Below, piece after piece: positions 50,301 through 63,061 of a stretch of 64,000 bases of DNA (its first letter is position 1; every line of letters starts with the position of its first letter). The stretch lies in assembly GCF_009914755.1 (NCBI RefSeq), contig NC_060930.1. The stretch is one strand, 5' to 3'. Below the pieces are notes generated by a model. The model was not told the origin of the DNA, searched no databases, and was given only the letters and a program-made list of their open reading frames with translations. Position numbers and translations under genes: made by a program. This stretch comes from the human T2T-CHM13v2.0 reference genome, Homo sapiens.

Positions 50301-52534
50301 TCCTAGTTACTGTTATCATGTTTATCATCATGAATCCTGATGAAAGGCTGTCATTCTGGGACCATTAAATAGGTTTTAACTTTGCTTTGCCTCCACTACA
50401 ATTCACAAAACTAAGGGCAGACATACTATCGCATTTTATTTATCCTGAAGGCAAAATACAATGCTCAGTAAATATTTATTGGATTCAACTGAATTTTTAA
50501 TCAAGTGTTTTGGACAGCTCAAATCCATGTGATGAATCTCTGTGTTGAAGACAGAGTTAGGGTTACATTTGGAGATGGCACAAACCCCCGGCCTCTCCCA
50601 GCTGGGAGGCAACTGCCATTGGCATGCCATGCCACTGGTCTTAGGAACTGCCTCTCTATCTGAACTGTTAGAATTGCCACCTATAATGCTGGTGATTGTT
50701 CACAAACACTACGCACATATCTGTAGCAGCTTCAGCATTGTGCAGGTGCAGTAACACACACAGACTGCCCGAAAATATTTGTTAAGCTCTACAAAAGAGC
50801 AACCACTGACAAGAGATAATACTATAAACTGAGGAATTCTCTCACTCACTGTAGAAAATCTCATAGAAACAATTAGCATCAAAGTTTGAGACTTTGGGAC
50901 CCTGGCTATAAAAGTATAATACTTTTTTTTCTGTTTCTCATACTTTGACCAACTTTCAGCAGAGAATGAAAAGTATGGAAGCTTTAAAACAATCTACAGA
51001 AATGTGATAACCTGCTGAATAGCCACAACTAGAAGGGGGAAGAAAAGAAGAAAAGAAAACTTCTACACATAATATTGGATGAAGTTCAATATGCCACACA
51101 GAAATCCATCAATAGATTCTGACAAACTAGTATTAAGCAAAGAAAATTCATGGTTCCTTTTCCCAGTAACTTGGTTCAGATAAAAAAAACCCTAGGACTA
51201 AGGTCACATATATAGCATGACAGTCAGTTGGGAACCAATCTATTTATCTTTGACCTGACATCTGACATTTAGTTTTCCCTTTGTATGCTGAAATAATTGC
51301 ATGTATATCAAATGACTGCAAGAAGTGAAAACCAAAACAGGCCTTCATATCCTGCACAGGGAATATGCACCATTTGGCAAGACACCAGCCTCCCAGGCCA
51401 CGCCAGCATTTGAGACCAATGATTATCAATGATGATGTCATCAGCAACAAGTGGCCAGGAATCACCCAATCCAGACAAGTCCATGTGATCTTCATGTTCT
51501 GCTTTCTTCTGCAAAGGCATTCATCTTTTACGTACCTGATCAAACACTGAGGTTCTAATAAAAGTAGCTTCTATGGAGTCTTCGGATCTTAGGGAAATAT
51601 CTTCATCAGCCAAAATAAATACATTCATACAGTATTTTTTTAAGGTACACTATTCTTTGTCTAGTTTGCATTTTGCTTATTTTGTCAGGCACAAGAAAAA
51701 TGCTTTCTGGCCAAAAAGGAGAAGTATTCAAAAAGAAAACATGGAAGAAAAAGAAACAGTTGCTAGAACATTTTATTCAGACCTCTTCCTGAAACTTTAT
51801 CTGGCAAGCCATTTCAGAAAACATAACACATAATCTGCTAAAAATTTTAAAAGTGACTGGGAATTTTTATTATCAATCCCAGTGTTCTGACCAAAACTTT
51901 CTCTTCTAGCTCTAAGAGCCAAATCTGCATTGACATATGATTTTCTTCCCACAGCCTCTCTGGATTTCATGGTGGATAAAGTTATTCCAAGATTTTAGAA
52001 ATTGGATGACTTCTTGGTTCATAATGATTTTGTGAGAAATTACATTACTCTGTGAAAAGAGAAGTGAACTCAGGTCTAATTTTTCCAGTGACTTTTTTCT
52101 GGCCCAAACAATTCATTAAATTGTGTTGGCACCATAGAAACATTTGTTTATTACCTATATTGCTTAGTGTGGCAGAATGGAAGGGGAAACATGTTTGGCT
52201 TTGAAATTTGAAGTTAAACTGGGAATTAAGAATTGACTTCTAACCCTACCTCCTAGTAGCTGCATGAATGTTATATAACAATTCTGAAATGTAGTTTTTA
52301 TTCCTTTCTTTCTCTCCTTCCTACCTCTCTCCCTCCTTCCCTCCCTTCTTTCCTTCTCTTTATCTCATGTTTCTCATCTATTTATCTGATTATTTGATTA
52401 TTCAATAATCAAAGGATTGTTGGGAGGATTAGGCATATGAAAAGCAGACATTGCCTGGAATGTAATAACTCCTCCATAAGCATTAGATTCTGTGGATTTC
52501 ACTGGTTTTCCATGTGAGCAATCCCTATTTTATT

Positions 52535-52724
52535 AATGTGCCAAACATCTAAGTGGGCATCCATCAGAATCACCTAGAAGGCTTGATAAATGCAGACCCC
52601 TGGGTCCCACACCCCAAAATTCTGATTCAGTAGGTCTGTGGGTAGGCCTGAGAACTTATACCTCTAACAAATACCCAGATCACGTTGATGCTGCTGGTCC
52701 AACAACACACTTTGAGTGTCACTG
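52535..52724. mobile_element. MER5A MITE
   Basis: 'catcagaatcacctagaaggcttgataaatgcaga..ttctgattcagtaggtctg..ctaacaa..tgatgctgctggtcc..cacactttgag'. Confidence 0.9.
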
Positions 52725-53474
52725 ATCATCTTAACAGACAGAAAACAAATTTCATCACTTGGGCCAACTCCAATTATTGGTGTGCTCTGTTGGGAAAGAT
52801 TCTGAGGCCACGTCAGGCTTGGGGTGAGACCATGTTTTTGGAGTGCTGAGTAACATCTCTATCATCCCTGCAAAAACTTTATTCCTTTTTCTCAACACTT
52901 GCCCCTTTCCCAATCAAAATGCTAGATCAACCTCAAATTTCAGCAGCTTCAAATCATATGGCCAGTGCTCACACAGAAGCAGGAAGGTGCAGAATTGTTC
53001 CATCCACTTCCTGGTACCAGACCTCCTTTCAACCCCACAGACACCTATAGAACAGTCATACATGTTCATCAGGTACAGAAAACCCATGACATCCAGAAAA
53101 ATAAATAACAATAACGGTGTCAGACCTTACCATACACATACATATTTTTTATTTTATTTTTTATCTTATTATTCCAACAATTCTATGATATAGGTATTAT
53201 TGTCCCTGGCTTAGAAATGAAGAAATGATGTTTGGAGAGTTTTCTCAAGTAGTTTTCCCGAAGTTATTGAGAAAGTATGCAAAATATTTATAATTCCAAA
53301 GGCTGTATTCTTAATCTCTACAGAAATAAGAGGTAGAAATACTCAAACAATTTCTCCACAGTTTGAAAGCAAAACACTCTTGTCCTTTGGAGGCCAAGAT
53401 TTGTTTTAGTTTTATTAAATAGATGCAATCCATCATTCTCATATATCACATTCAAGTGAAGTATCTAACACATA

Positions 53475-53840
53475 CAGTAGCCCCCTCCATCTGCAACTCT
53501 TCTTTCTGAAGTTTCAGTTACTTGCAGTCAACCATGGTTCAAAAATATTAAATAAAAAATTTCAGAAAGAAACAATTTATAAGTTTTTTATTGTGTGCTG
53601 TTCTGAGTAGCATGATGAAATCTTGTGCCATCCTCCTTTATCTTGCATGGGATGCAAATCATCCCTTGGTCCAGCATAAGGACACTGTACATGCTACCTG
53701 CCTGTTACTCACTTCGTCACCATCTCAATTACCAGATTAAAAAAATAGTATTGTATGTGTATGGTTTGGCATTATCCATGGTTTCAGGCATCCACTGTGG
53801 TTCTTGGAACATAGCCTCTGCAGATACGGGAGGGTTGCTG
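53475..53840 (+). mobile_element. Tigger-derived MITE (MER44-like)
   Basis: TA|cagtagcccc...agggttgctg|TA termini; internal 'gtttcagttac..gtcaaccatggt..gttctgagtagcatgatgaaatct..gtttcaggcatccactg'. Confidence 0.85.
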
Positions 53841-56199
53841 TATGCAAATGGAGTTATGTGCAATTTCAGAGTCATCTCTTCGAAATATAGACTATGTATA
53901 CATGCTCTGGCTTAGTATTCTTCAATATTTTCTAATCAACTATCTTATTACAGAAGTACCTCACTTAAAAAGCAACATATCTTAACTCAAGTCTTATGAT
54001 TCTTATTTATCCCAGGTTTTAAATTTAATGCATATTCAATGCTTTGCTAGGCTCCAATATTAGATGTCTTTACTTTTTACTTGGAAGGCACTAGGGTCAT
54101 ATTTTATTACTGATTTCTTGCTTCCTAATGTTCACTATCAAATTAATTTAATTTATGTGTATCCACGCATGATTCATTACTTATTTCTAAGAAAAAGCAT
54201 ATTTCAAAGCAGGTCAGACATTGGTAAATTACATGTATGCTGCAATAATTTAATATGACTGCTTAATAAAGAAAGGACTGCTATAAAAATCATTCCCTCA
54301 AACCTCTGGAGAATTTAGGTTAGTGGTACAAGCAGAAATTTTTCCTCCCAGGCTGCTGGTATATTTATGAAAATGGATAATCAAAGCCATTTTGAAATGT
54401 CATTTATTCTATTCCTTTTATGTTTGGGAAATTTCTTTTTTTAAATAACATGTTTGTATTGACAGAAATTAATTTGGCACTTGTGAAAGGTGCTTCAAGG
54501 ATAGTACTATGAGTTGTTTTTAAGCTTTCTTATTCTCTTGAACAACTCATATTGTCATGAGCACCATAGAGGGAAATAGCCTGGTATTTGTTTTTCTCTG
54601 CACCTTACAGAGCTGTCTTTGAGATCAAAGAGATTCCTGTGTGAGAGGAGGCTCATGGAGTGCAGGACGAACAGGCAGCTAATGCCAAACAGGCAGGGGA
54701 GTCTGATTGTGAAGACCAACTTCCAAGTAACCAAAAATATCAGCAGCTGACATAGGGAAACAAGCATTACAGGATTATAGAGTTTTGAAGTCCAATCTCA
54801 GTTAGAGAAAACCTAGCCTGACATTTGTATTTCACAACTGATTATACTGAAAAGGAGAGAGTATCCAAGACCTCAAAGTCAATTGCAGAAAAAGAAAAGG
54901 TTATTAAAATAATGATGAATAATGCCACCAGAAACCGTTTGAGTTCTGGTCTAAGCTAGAACAAAAATTAGGTGACATATTCACCAGTAAGCGCTAACTA
55001 TAGGTGGGAAAGGGCTTCAAGATGCTAAGTAGAGGAAAACAGCCAAGAGTCAAGAATCTTTAAAAAGACAAAAAAAAGGAAATGAGATTCATCATATTAT
55101 TATTTTTATTTATGGCTACAAGAATATTAAGAATGAATTAGAGAAACAGTCACTGAAAACGTATGAAAACTTTTCTACTAGGACATATTTTATTCTATTT
55201 AGGAACGATTTTCACCAAAGTGTCTCTGGTCTCCCTGGTGACTTCCAGGGAGTTGGATTCAGCAAGAAATCTATGAAAAGATGACTCAGGAGGAAAGACC
55301 CATTAAGATAGGATCCTTTATGAACAGGACACAAAATGTATTTGCCAACTTTACACTTTAGTTCATGGTATGATACCCAGTATTAACTCTGGTACCATTT
55401 CTAGCTTAACCAGTTATGAAGTTGAGACTATGATTCTAAAACACTTATGAAGTTGAGACTATGATTCTAAAACAAACCTCATCCAAGCAAATATATTATA
55501 AATTTGAATCTACAAATTAGGATAAATACAGTATAATAGTGTAAAACTACAAGTTACACACACAACAAAAAAAGTCCCCAGAATTAGCTCAAAATTTCAT
55601 AGAAGGAAACTTAAATTGCCATATTTACCAGAATGTAGGTAAATATTTGCCTCCATTGTCAATTGGTGCAAATATTTAAACAGCATAGGTACCTGTTTAC
55701 TTAAAAGGTTGGCGTTGATTCCCTTGTTACTATAGGAGATAGTTAAAGTTGATTTCGTGCTCTAACTAAAAGCTTTCATATCTCTACTCTTGGGAGGAGT
55801 GGATGAATTCTACTACTGAAAGCTAAGGAGTTCTCTATGTGTTCAGGCCCTATCAATATGTTTGTCTGAATCATTTCTAACAATGTTAGTAGTTACTCTA
55901 GGTAACCAGGAATTGTTTTATTTTTTGGATATTGTACACATTTACTCTGGCACATGCACCAGAATTCAAGGGAGAAAACAATATAAAATTAGCAACTAGG
56001 TGCTTTGGTATGTATCTTAAGTGGACTAGTCACTATTTCCTGGAAATTCATACTAGTTTACACTTACATTAATTGCACACTCTGTTCTGGATGCTTGGAA
56101 CACCCTTTCTTTTCCCAACAATGCATTTCTGTTTACCTCCTGAAGACTCAATTTCCTTTATCTTTCCTTCAGTATTAGAGAAAACTATATGTAGACTAT

Positions 56200-56800
56200 A
56201 TATATGTTAAATGGCAAACTGCTTTGTCATTTAACAACATGTGGAGATTATCTCATATTCTATCATATTCTATTAGCATATATAGATGTATTTTTAATGT
56301 ACTACAAAGTTTTCCATTACATTACATAAAACAATTTATTCAGTCCCTTATTGGCACTATTAGTAGTGTCCAGTTTGTGCAATAACGAAAAAGGCTGCAA
56401 AAGATTGTAAATTGGTGTATCTTTATGTGTGTGTCTTTGAACATATGAAATTATAGCTAGAAATTGCTGTGTTTAAAGGGCATATTTATTTTAAATTTTG
56501 GTACCAATTTCCAAATTGCTCTATCAAGGGCTTACAACAACAGAAATAGGATTTACGAATGTTTCTTTGCCCATCCCAGAGCCAACACCCTACTATCAAA
56601 CTTGGTTTATCTTTGTACATCTGACTAGTGAAAAGTAGCATATTATTCTTAGTTTTTTAAAAATATGAGTCATTTAGATTCATTTTCTAGACTTTCTAAG
56701 GTTTTGTGTTCTATGTTGAACTACTTCAACCCATTTTTAGAAGTTCATGCACAGTTTGATAATATGAATATTTATTAATAATCTAACCTACAATCAGAAT
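56200..56800 (-). mobile_element. Old L1 (L1ME-like) fragment
   Basis: 'agaaattgctgtgtttaaagggcat..ttttaaattttggt..ccaaattgctct..ctgactagtgaaaagtagcat'. Confidence 0.6.
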
Positions 56801-58323
56801 TTTTATTTTACTTTATTATTTTCTTTCTCACACTCTGTCTGCATCTTTTGTATTTATCTTTGTTAAAGCTTCTCTTGTTTGTTTCAGCCATTCTGCCAGC
56901 CTGTGTCGTGATGCCATCATCCACTGCATTAATTCCCCTCCCAGCCTTGTGCTCGCATCCTTCCATAAGAGCAACTGTCATTTTCTTCATTCAGATTTCT
57001 GGCCTTATGTGCTGTGGCCAGAACCCATCCAGATGACATGCTGTGGCCCTCAACTGAGGCCTTGCCCATCCTGACAGAATATCCCATGTGGCCTCTTATG
57101 CCCACCTCTAAGCTCTGAAACATGCTTGGGAGAAATCTCCTGCATAGGAACCATAGACGGAGATGTTTCTGCAGTATTTAAATGACAGTTGTTTACCCCC
57201 ACCTCTCACCACTCATCGTGCCTTCTCCTGGTTGTTTTAGTCAGCTGTATAATCAATCCTGATGAGTCATATCTTCACTACTGAGGGAAAGGGAATGGGA
57301 GAAAAGCTGAGGGAAACAGCTTCCTGATTTAGTTTATAAATCCACTGACTAAAAGAACAGACACTCTTGGTTTGTTTTTCCACCAACTCACACTTGAATG
57401 TTACGGAGTCATCTGATTTATCAAATACATTCACATTTTTTATTTCCTTTAAAGTGGCAGCTTTACTTAATAAAAAATAAAAACTGATCATCAATTGAAT
57501 AAACCTAATTCAACTCTCCTTGCCCTTTTCTTCATGACTTACTATGGTCATCTTATTTTCATCTGCAGATGATTCAAACTTATTGTAATTCCTTCATATC
57601 CTTCCAAATCTTTTCCCCGAATCTTTTTAATTTGGGAGTTCTATCTAGACACACCCAGAGAGCTGGGTCTCAGGGCCCAGGAGATGTCCAAATCCCCTCT
57701 CCAGAGGGCAAAAGTATAGGGTAGGCAGGAAATGATCTACTTCTTTAAAATCACAGCATGTCTAGACTTATGCCCAAATACATCGGTTCATGATAAAGTA
57801 GTAAGTAGGACTTTTGTGGAAAAATACATGGTAGAGAAAACAACACAGAAGCTTACATCCTTTGAAAATTGGACATTGCATAGGGTTCAGGAATTGTCTA
57901 GCCACAGGTTGTTTACATGTGGTCTGAGCATTTTCTTAATGTGATCCTGTACTTAAGTGTATATAGGTTCAGCCAGAAAAGAGAAAGATGAACATCAAAT
58001 TGTTGCAATGCCAGAAGAAAATTATAGGGTGTTCCCATGTTTGAAAGATCACTAGTTTTCACCATTGGTTTGGAGCAATGAATTATCCATAAATAAAAAC
58101 CTTAGAGATCTCTGACCAAAAACATATACTTTGTTTACAAAAAGTACAAGTTCAATGAGTAGCCACTCCTATCAAAAAGATTAAGTGTATTCAATTTGAA
58201 AAAAAAGTTAGAGAAAGTAAAAGCATGAAGTAGCTTTGGAAATTTTCTGCCAACATATTCTAGAGTTTTCTTTCCCATACTGACTTATTTTATAACCAAA
58301 AAAAAAAAAAAAAGAAGAAGAAC

Positions 58324-58629
58324 TTTTGTTTTTGTTTTTCCTTTGTTTCGTTTTGAGACAGGGTCTTGCTCTGTTGCCAAGGCTGAAGTGCAGTGATGTG
58401 ATCACTGTAATTCCAGATTCCTGAGATAAAGTGATCCTTCCACCTCAGCCTCCCAAATAGCAAGGACTACAAGTATATGTCACCACTCTGAGCTAATACT
58501 TTTTCTTATTTGTAGAAACAAGGATCTCACTATGTTGCCTAGGCTGCTCCAACTCCCAGCCTTAAGAGATCCTCCCACCTGAGTCTCCCAAAGAACTTGG
58601 CTTACAGGCATGTGCCACCTTGCCTGGAC
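58324..58629 (-). mobile_element. AluJ (Jo/Jr-like)
   Basis: 'gagacagggtcttgctctgttgcc..tctcactatgttgcctaggctg..gatcctcccacc..ttacaggcatgtgccacc'; highly diverged. Confidence 0.9.
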
Positions 58630-58674
58630 AGAAAAAGCTTTTAATAACTAATTCTATTTAGGAAAGTCTGTAAA

Positions 58675-59215
58675 TAATGATGGCTTTCATTTATTGATTG
58701 CTTACTCTGTGCAAGACACTATACTAAGAAGTTTACATGCATCATCTCATATGATCTTCAAAGTAACCCTGTACATTGGTCAACACTGGCCCCACAAATC
58801 TATGACAAATAGAAATTCAACACAATTGACAACTCAAAAGTTTATTTCTGACACACAAAAGTTTATTCTAATCCAGTGTGGGTCAGGTAAATTTCCAGGG
58901 TAGTCATCCTCAGATTTCACATCACTGCAATACAAAACAGCTACACATTGCACCGCAGCTTTCAAATTCTTTGGACTAGAAGTGGCACACATCACTTTTA
59001 TTAACAGCCCACTGACCAGAATTACTTGTATGTCTAAATGTAACTGCAAAGGAGGTGGGAAATGTGAGGAAGCACATGGATATTTACTGAGCAGTATATT
59101 TTCTATATTCTATAGAGTAGGCATTATCTCCATTTTATAGATAAAGAAACTGAAGTGTATCTATAAATTTACAGCTACAGAGAAGCAGATCTCTAATTCA
59201 AACAATAAACTGCAT
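58675..59215 (-). mobile_element. MIR split by an old MaLR LTR (MLT1K/L-like, ~58770-59114)
   Basis: MIR 'catttattgattgcttactctgtgcaagacact..aaccctgta' resumes as 'gtaggcattatctccattttatagataaagaaactgaag'; insert has 'agaagtggcacacatcactt..ccactgaccagaa..taactgcaaaggaggtgggaaatgt'. Confidence 0.65.
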
Positions 59216-60634
59216 CAGCTGTTCAAATATTGGAACCACCTTTGTTTTGCTGATAGTGGTAAGGCTGCCTTACTTATCTTTGCATCTTATATAATAACTA
59301 GATAGAGATCAACAAATGCATTTAATGTAGATATAATATGACTTTTTATGAACTGAATAATGTGATTATTTCTTAAACCCTCAATTATAAATAAAAGATT
59401 CTCATACTTGTTATCTCTATCATCCCAAACACAGATCTCATACTAAGTGCTCAATCAGTAAGTATGGATTGGTTGATTGACTGAAACAATTTTCAGCTTC
59501 CCATTAATACTTTCCATTTGGACTAGTTATTTGTATTTTCACCTTCTAATGGCAGAGGTAAAATATCCTAAATAAAGCCAAAGACTTTTCTGGAAAAAGA
59601 AGAGAGTTATTTATTCTAATTTTTCTAGATTTACCTGATGATTTTCAACTTGGGTAAAGAAAAAAGCACTTTAAAGTTATTGAAAGCTGACACATACCAC
59701 AGAGTAGCGGAAAAGAAAACATTGTTACCAGCCAATCATTATGATTTTATATGATTTGGTTGTCTTCTTTTTAACACATTATTTTCAGTTTCTAGGACAG
59801 CCATAATTTTGCATGAGTTTGTACCAGATTTCTTGCTCTGCCTTTATGTATTTTTTAAACTTTCTATTCTTTTTAATATTCTTCTATCCTCTTATTTTGT
59901 TTTTGAAAGTTTCTTCATCTCTCTTCTGGTATGTTATTTATCTTTTAAAATAATGTCCAATTTAGTATTTATATGCTATTTTGTTGAGGGTTTTTGTTGT
60001 TAACTGTTTCTTTCTTCTTGATTGTCCAGATGTTTTCACTTTACAGCTTTAACTGGACCTCCTTTTACCTCTAATATCCCTGACACTGTTCTTAGCATGA
60101 CTACATACTCAAGTGATGCTTAAGTGGACTTGTAGGATGGTAGCATCAAGTCTATTTACAATCTCAGTCCTAATTTATGTTTCTTTTTTTTTTCAGCTTT
60201 CCATTATAATGGGTTTTTTGTCCTTTATTCTGTTCTTCCAAAGAGATCACACATTTTCTCTAACTTCCCGTTCTTAATTATGTAATGCGTTTAACACCCG
60301 GTTTGTGATATAACTTTACCCGTCTGTTTCTGTATAACTTCTATATAATTGTGTGTTGATGAAGAATATGTTCTTCATTTCTTTTTCAATTATGTATCTT
60401 TATATAAATTCATCTATTGATAATTAAGCATTTTGAATAAAATGAGCAGATAACCAAACCTGTTAAGCATAAGCTGTTTTGTTATTATTGTTTTTATATT
60501 CAAGAGTAATTAAATCGAAGACATTAGTTATATCATGAGTTTCTTTTGGTCCAATGGATTACTTTCTTAAAAATTGTCAAGCTAATTACTAGGTAATTCA
60601 GCATTGACAAAATAATTGTTATAAAAATAAGTTT

Positions 60635-61974
60635 GGGTAGCTGTCAAGATAGCCAAATAGAAACAACTCTGATACGCAGCTCCCAGCAAGATCAATGCAG
60701 AAGGCAGGTGATTTCTGCATTTCCAACTGAGGTACCCAGCTCTTCTCATTGGGACTGGTTAAACAATGGGTACAGCCCACAGATGGCGATCCTAAACAGG
60801 GTGGGGCATCCCTCACCCAGGAAGTGCAAGGGGTCAGGGAACTCCCACCCCTAGTCAAGGGAAGCCGCGAGGAACTGTGCCTTGAGGAACTGTGCATTCT
60901 GGCCCAGAAACTAAGCTTTTCCATGGTCTTCGCAACCCGCAGACCAGGAGATTCCCTCGGTTGCCTACACTACCAGGGCCCTAGGTTTCAAGCACAAAAC
61001 TGGGCGGCCATTTGGGCAGACACCAAGCTAGCTGCAGGAGATTTTTTTCATACCTCACTGGCGCCTGGAATGCCAGCGAGACAGAACCGTTCACTCCCCT
61101 GGAAAGGTGGCTGAAGCCAGGGAACTAAGTGGTCTAGCTCAGTGGATCCCACCCCTAGGGAGCCCTGCAATCTAAGATCCACTGGCTTGAAATTCTCGCT
61201 GCCAGCACAGCAGTCTGAAGTTGACCTGGGATGCTCGAGCCTGGTGGAGGGAGGAACGACTGCCATTACTGAGGCTTGAGTAGGCAGTTTTCCTCTCACA
61301 GTGTAAACAAAACCACGAGGAAGTTCATACTGGCTGGGGTCCACTGCAGCACCACAAAGCTGCTGTAGCCAGAATGCCTTTCTAGATTCCTCCTCCCTGG
61401 GCAGGGTATCTCTGAAAGAAAGGCAGCAGCCCCATTAAGGGGCTTATAGATAAAACTCCCATCTCCCTGGGACAGAGCACGTGGGGGAAGGGGTGACTGT
61501 GGGTGCAGCTTCAGCAGACTTAAACATTCCTGCCTGCTGGCTCTAAAGAGAGCAGTGGATCTCCCAGCACAGAACTGGAGCTCTGCTAAGGGACAGACTG
61601 CCTCCTCAAATGGGTCCCCGACCCCCGTGCCTCCCGACCCGGAGACACCTCCCAGCAGGGGTCAACAGACACGTCATACAGGAGAGCTCGGGCTGGCATC
61701 TGGCAGGTGCCCCTCTGAAATGAAGCTTCCAGAGGAAGGAACAGGCAGCAATCTTTGCTGTTCTGCAGCCTCCACTAGTGATACCCAGGCAAACAGGGTC
61801 TGGAGTGGATCTCCAGCTAACTCCAGCAGACCTGCTGCAGAGGGGCCTGACTGTTAGAAGGAAAGCTAACAAACAGAAAGGAATAGCATCAACATCAACA
61901 AAAAGGATGTCCACACAAAAACTCCATCCAAAGGTCACTGGCATCAAAGACCAAAGGTAGATAAATTCACAAAG
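60635..61974 (+). promoter_or_regulatory. L1 5' UTR (internal promoter region, CpG-decayed)
   Basis: Position upstream of the ORF1 ATG; GC-rich; the YY1 core CAAGATGGC appears here as CAAGATAGC. Confidence 0.75.
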
Positions 61975-62998
61975 ATGAGGAAAAACCAGCGCAAAAAGCC
62001 TGAAAATTCCGAAGACCAGAATGCCTCTTTTCCTCCAAAGGATCACAACTCCTTGCCAGCAAGGAAACAAAACTGGGTGGAGAATGAGTTTGACAAATTG
62101 ACAGAAGTATTCTTCAGAAGGGGGTAATAACAAACTCCTCCAAGCTAAGGGAACATGTTCTAACCCAATGCAAGGAAGCTAAGAACTTGAAAAAAGGTTA
62201 GACAAATTGCTAACTAAAATAACCAGTTTAGAGAAGAACATAAATGACCTGATGAAGCTGAAAAACACAGCATGAGAACTTCGTGAAGCATATACAAGTA
62301 TCAATAATCAAATTGATCAAGCGGAAGAAAGGATATCAGAGATTGAAGATCAACTTAGCAAAATAAAGCATGAAGACAAGATTAAAGAAAAAAAGAATGA
62401 AAATGAATGAACAAAGCCTCCAAGAAATATGGGACTATGTGAAAAGACCAAACCTATGTTTGATTGGTGTACCTGAAAGTGATGAGGAGAGTGGAACCAA
62501 GTTGGAAAACACTCTTCAGGATATTATCCAGGAGAACTTCCCAACATAGCAAGACAGGCCAACATTCAAATTTAGGAAACACAGAGAACACCACAAAGAT
62601 AATCCTAGAGAAGAGCAACCCCAAGACACATAATCATCAGACTGACCAAGGTTGAAATGAAGGAAAAAATGTTAAGGGCAGCCAGAGAGAAAGATCGGGT
62701 TACCCACCAAGGGAAGCCCATCAGACTAACAGCTGACCACTCTGCAGAAACCCTACAAGCCAGAAGAGAGTTGGGGCCAATATTCAACATTCTAAAAGAA
62801 AACAATTTTCAACCCAGAATTTCATATCCAGCCAAATTAAGTTTCATAAGTGAAGGAAAAATAAAATCCTTTACAGACAAGCAAATGCTGAGGGATTTCA
62901 TTACCACCAGGCCTGCCTTACAAGAGCTCCTGAAGGAAGCACTAAACATGGAAAGGAAAAACTGGTACCAGTCACTGCAAAAATGTACCAAATTGCAA
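61975..62998 (+). pseudogene. L1 ORF1p remnant (frameshifts and stops)
   Basis: Starts ATG AGG AAA AAC CAG CGC (MRKNQR); C-terminal block 'MKEKMLRAAREKDRVTHQGKPIRLTADHSAETLQARRELGPIFNILKENNFQPRISYPAKLSF' in the ORF track; not continuous. Confidence 0.93.
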
Positions 62999-63061
62999 AG
63001 GCCATTGACACCATGAAGAAACTGCATCAACTAATGGGCAAAATAACCACTTAGCATCATA

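Noticed and set aside
60869-60895. gaggaactgtgc direct repeat in the L1 5' UTR
   Set aside because: Appears to reflect a near-repeat already in older L1PA UTR consensus sequences
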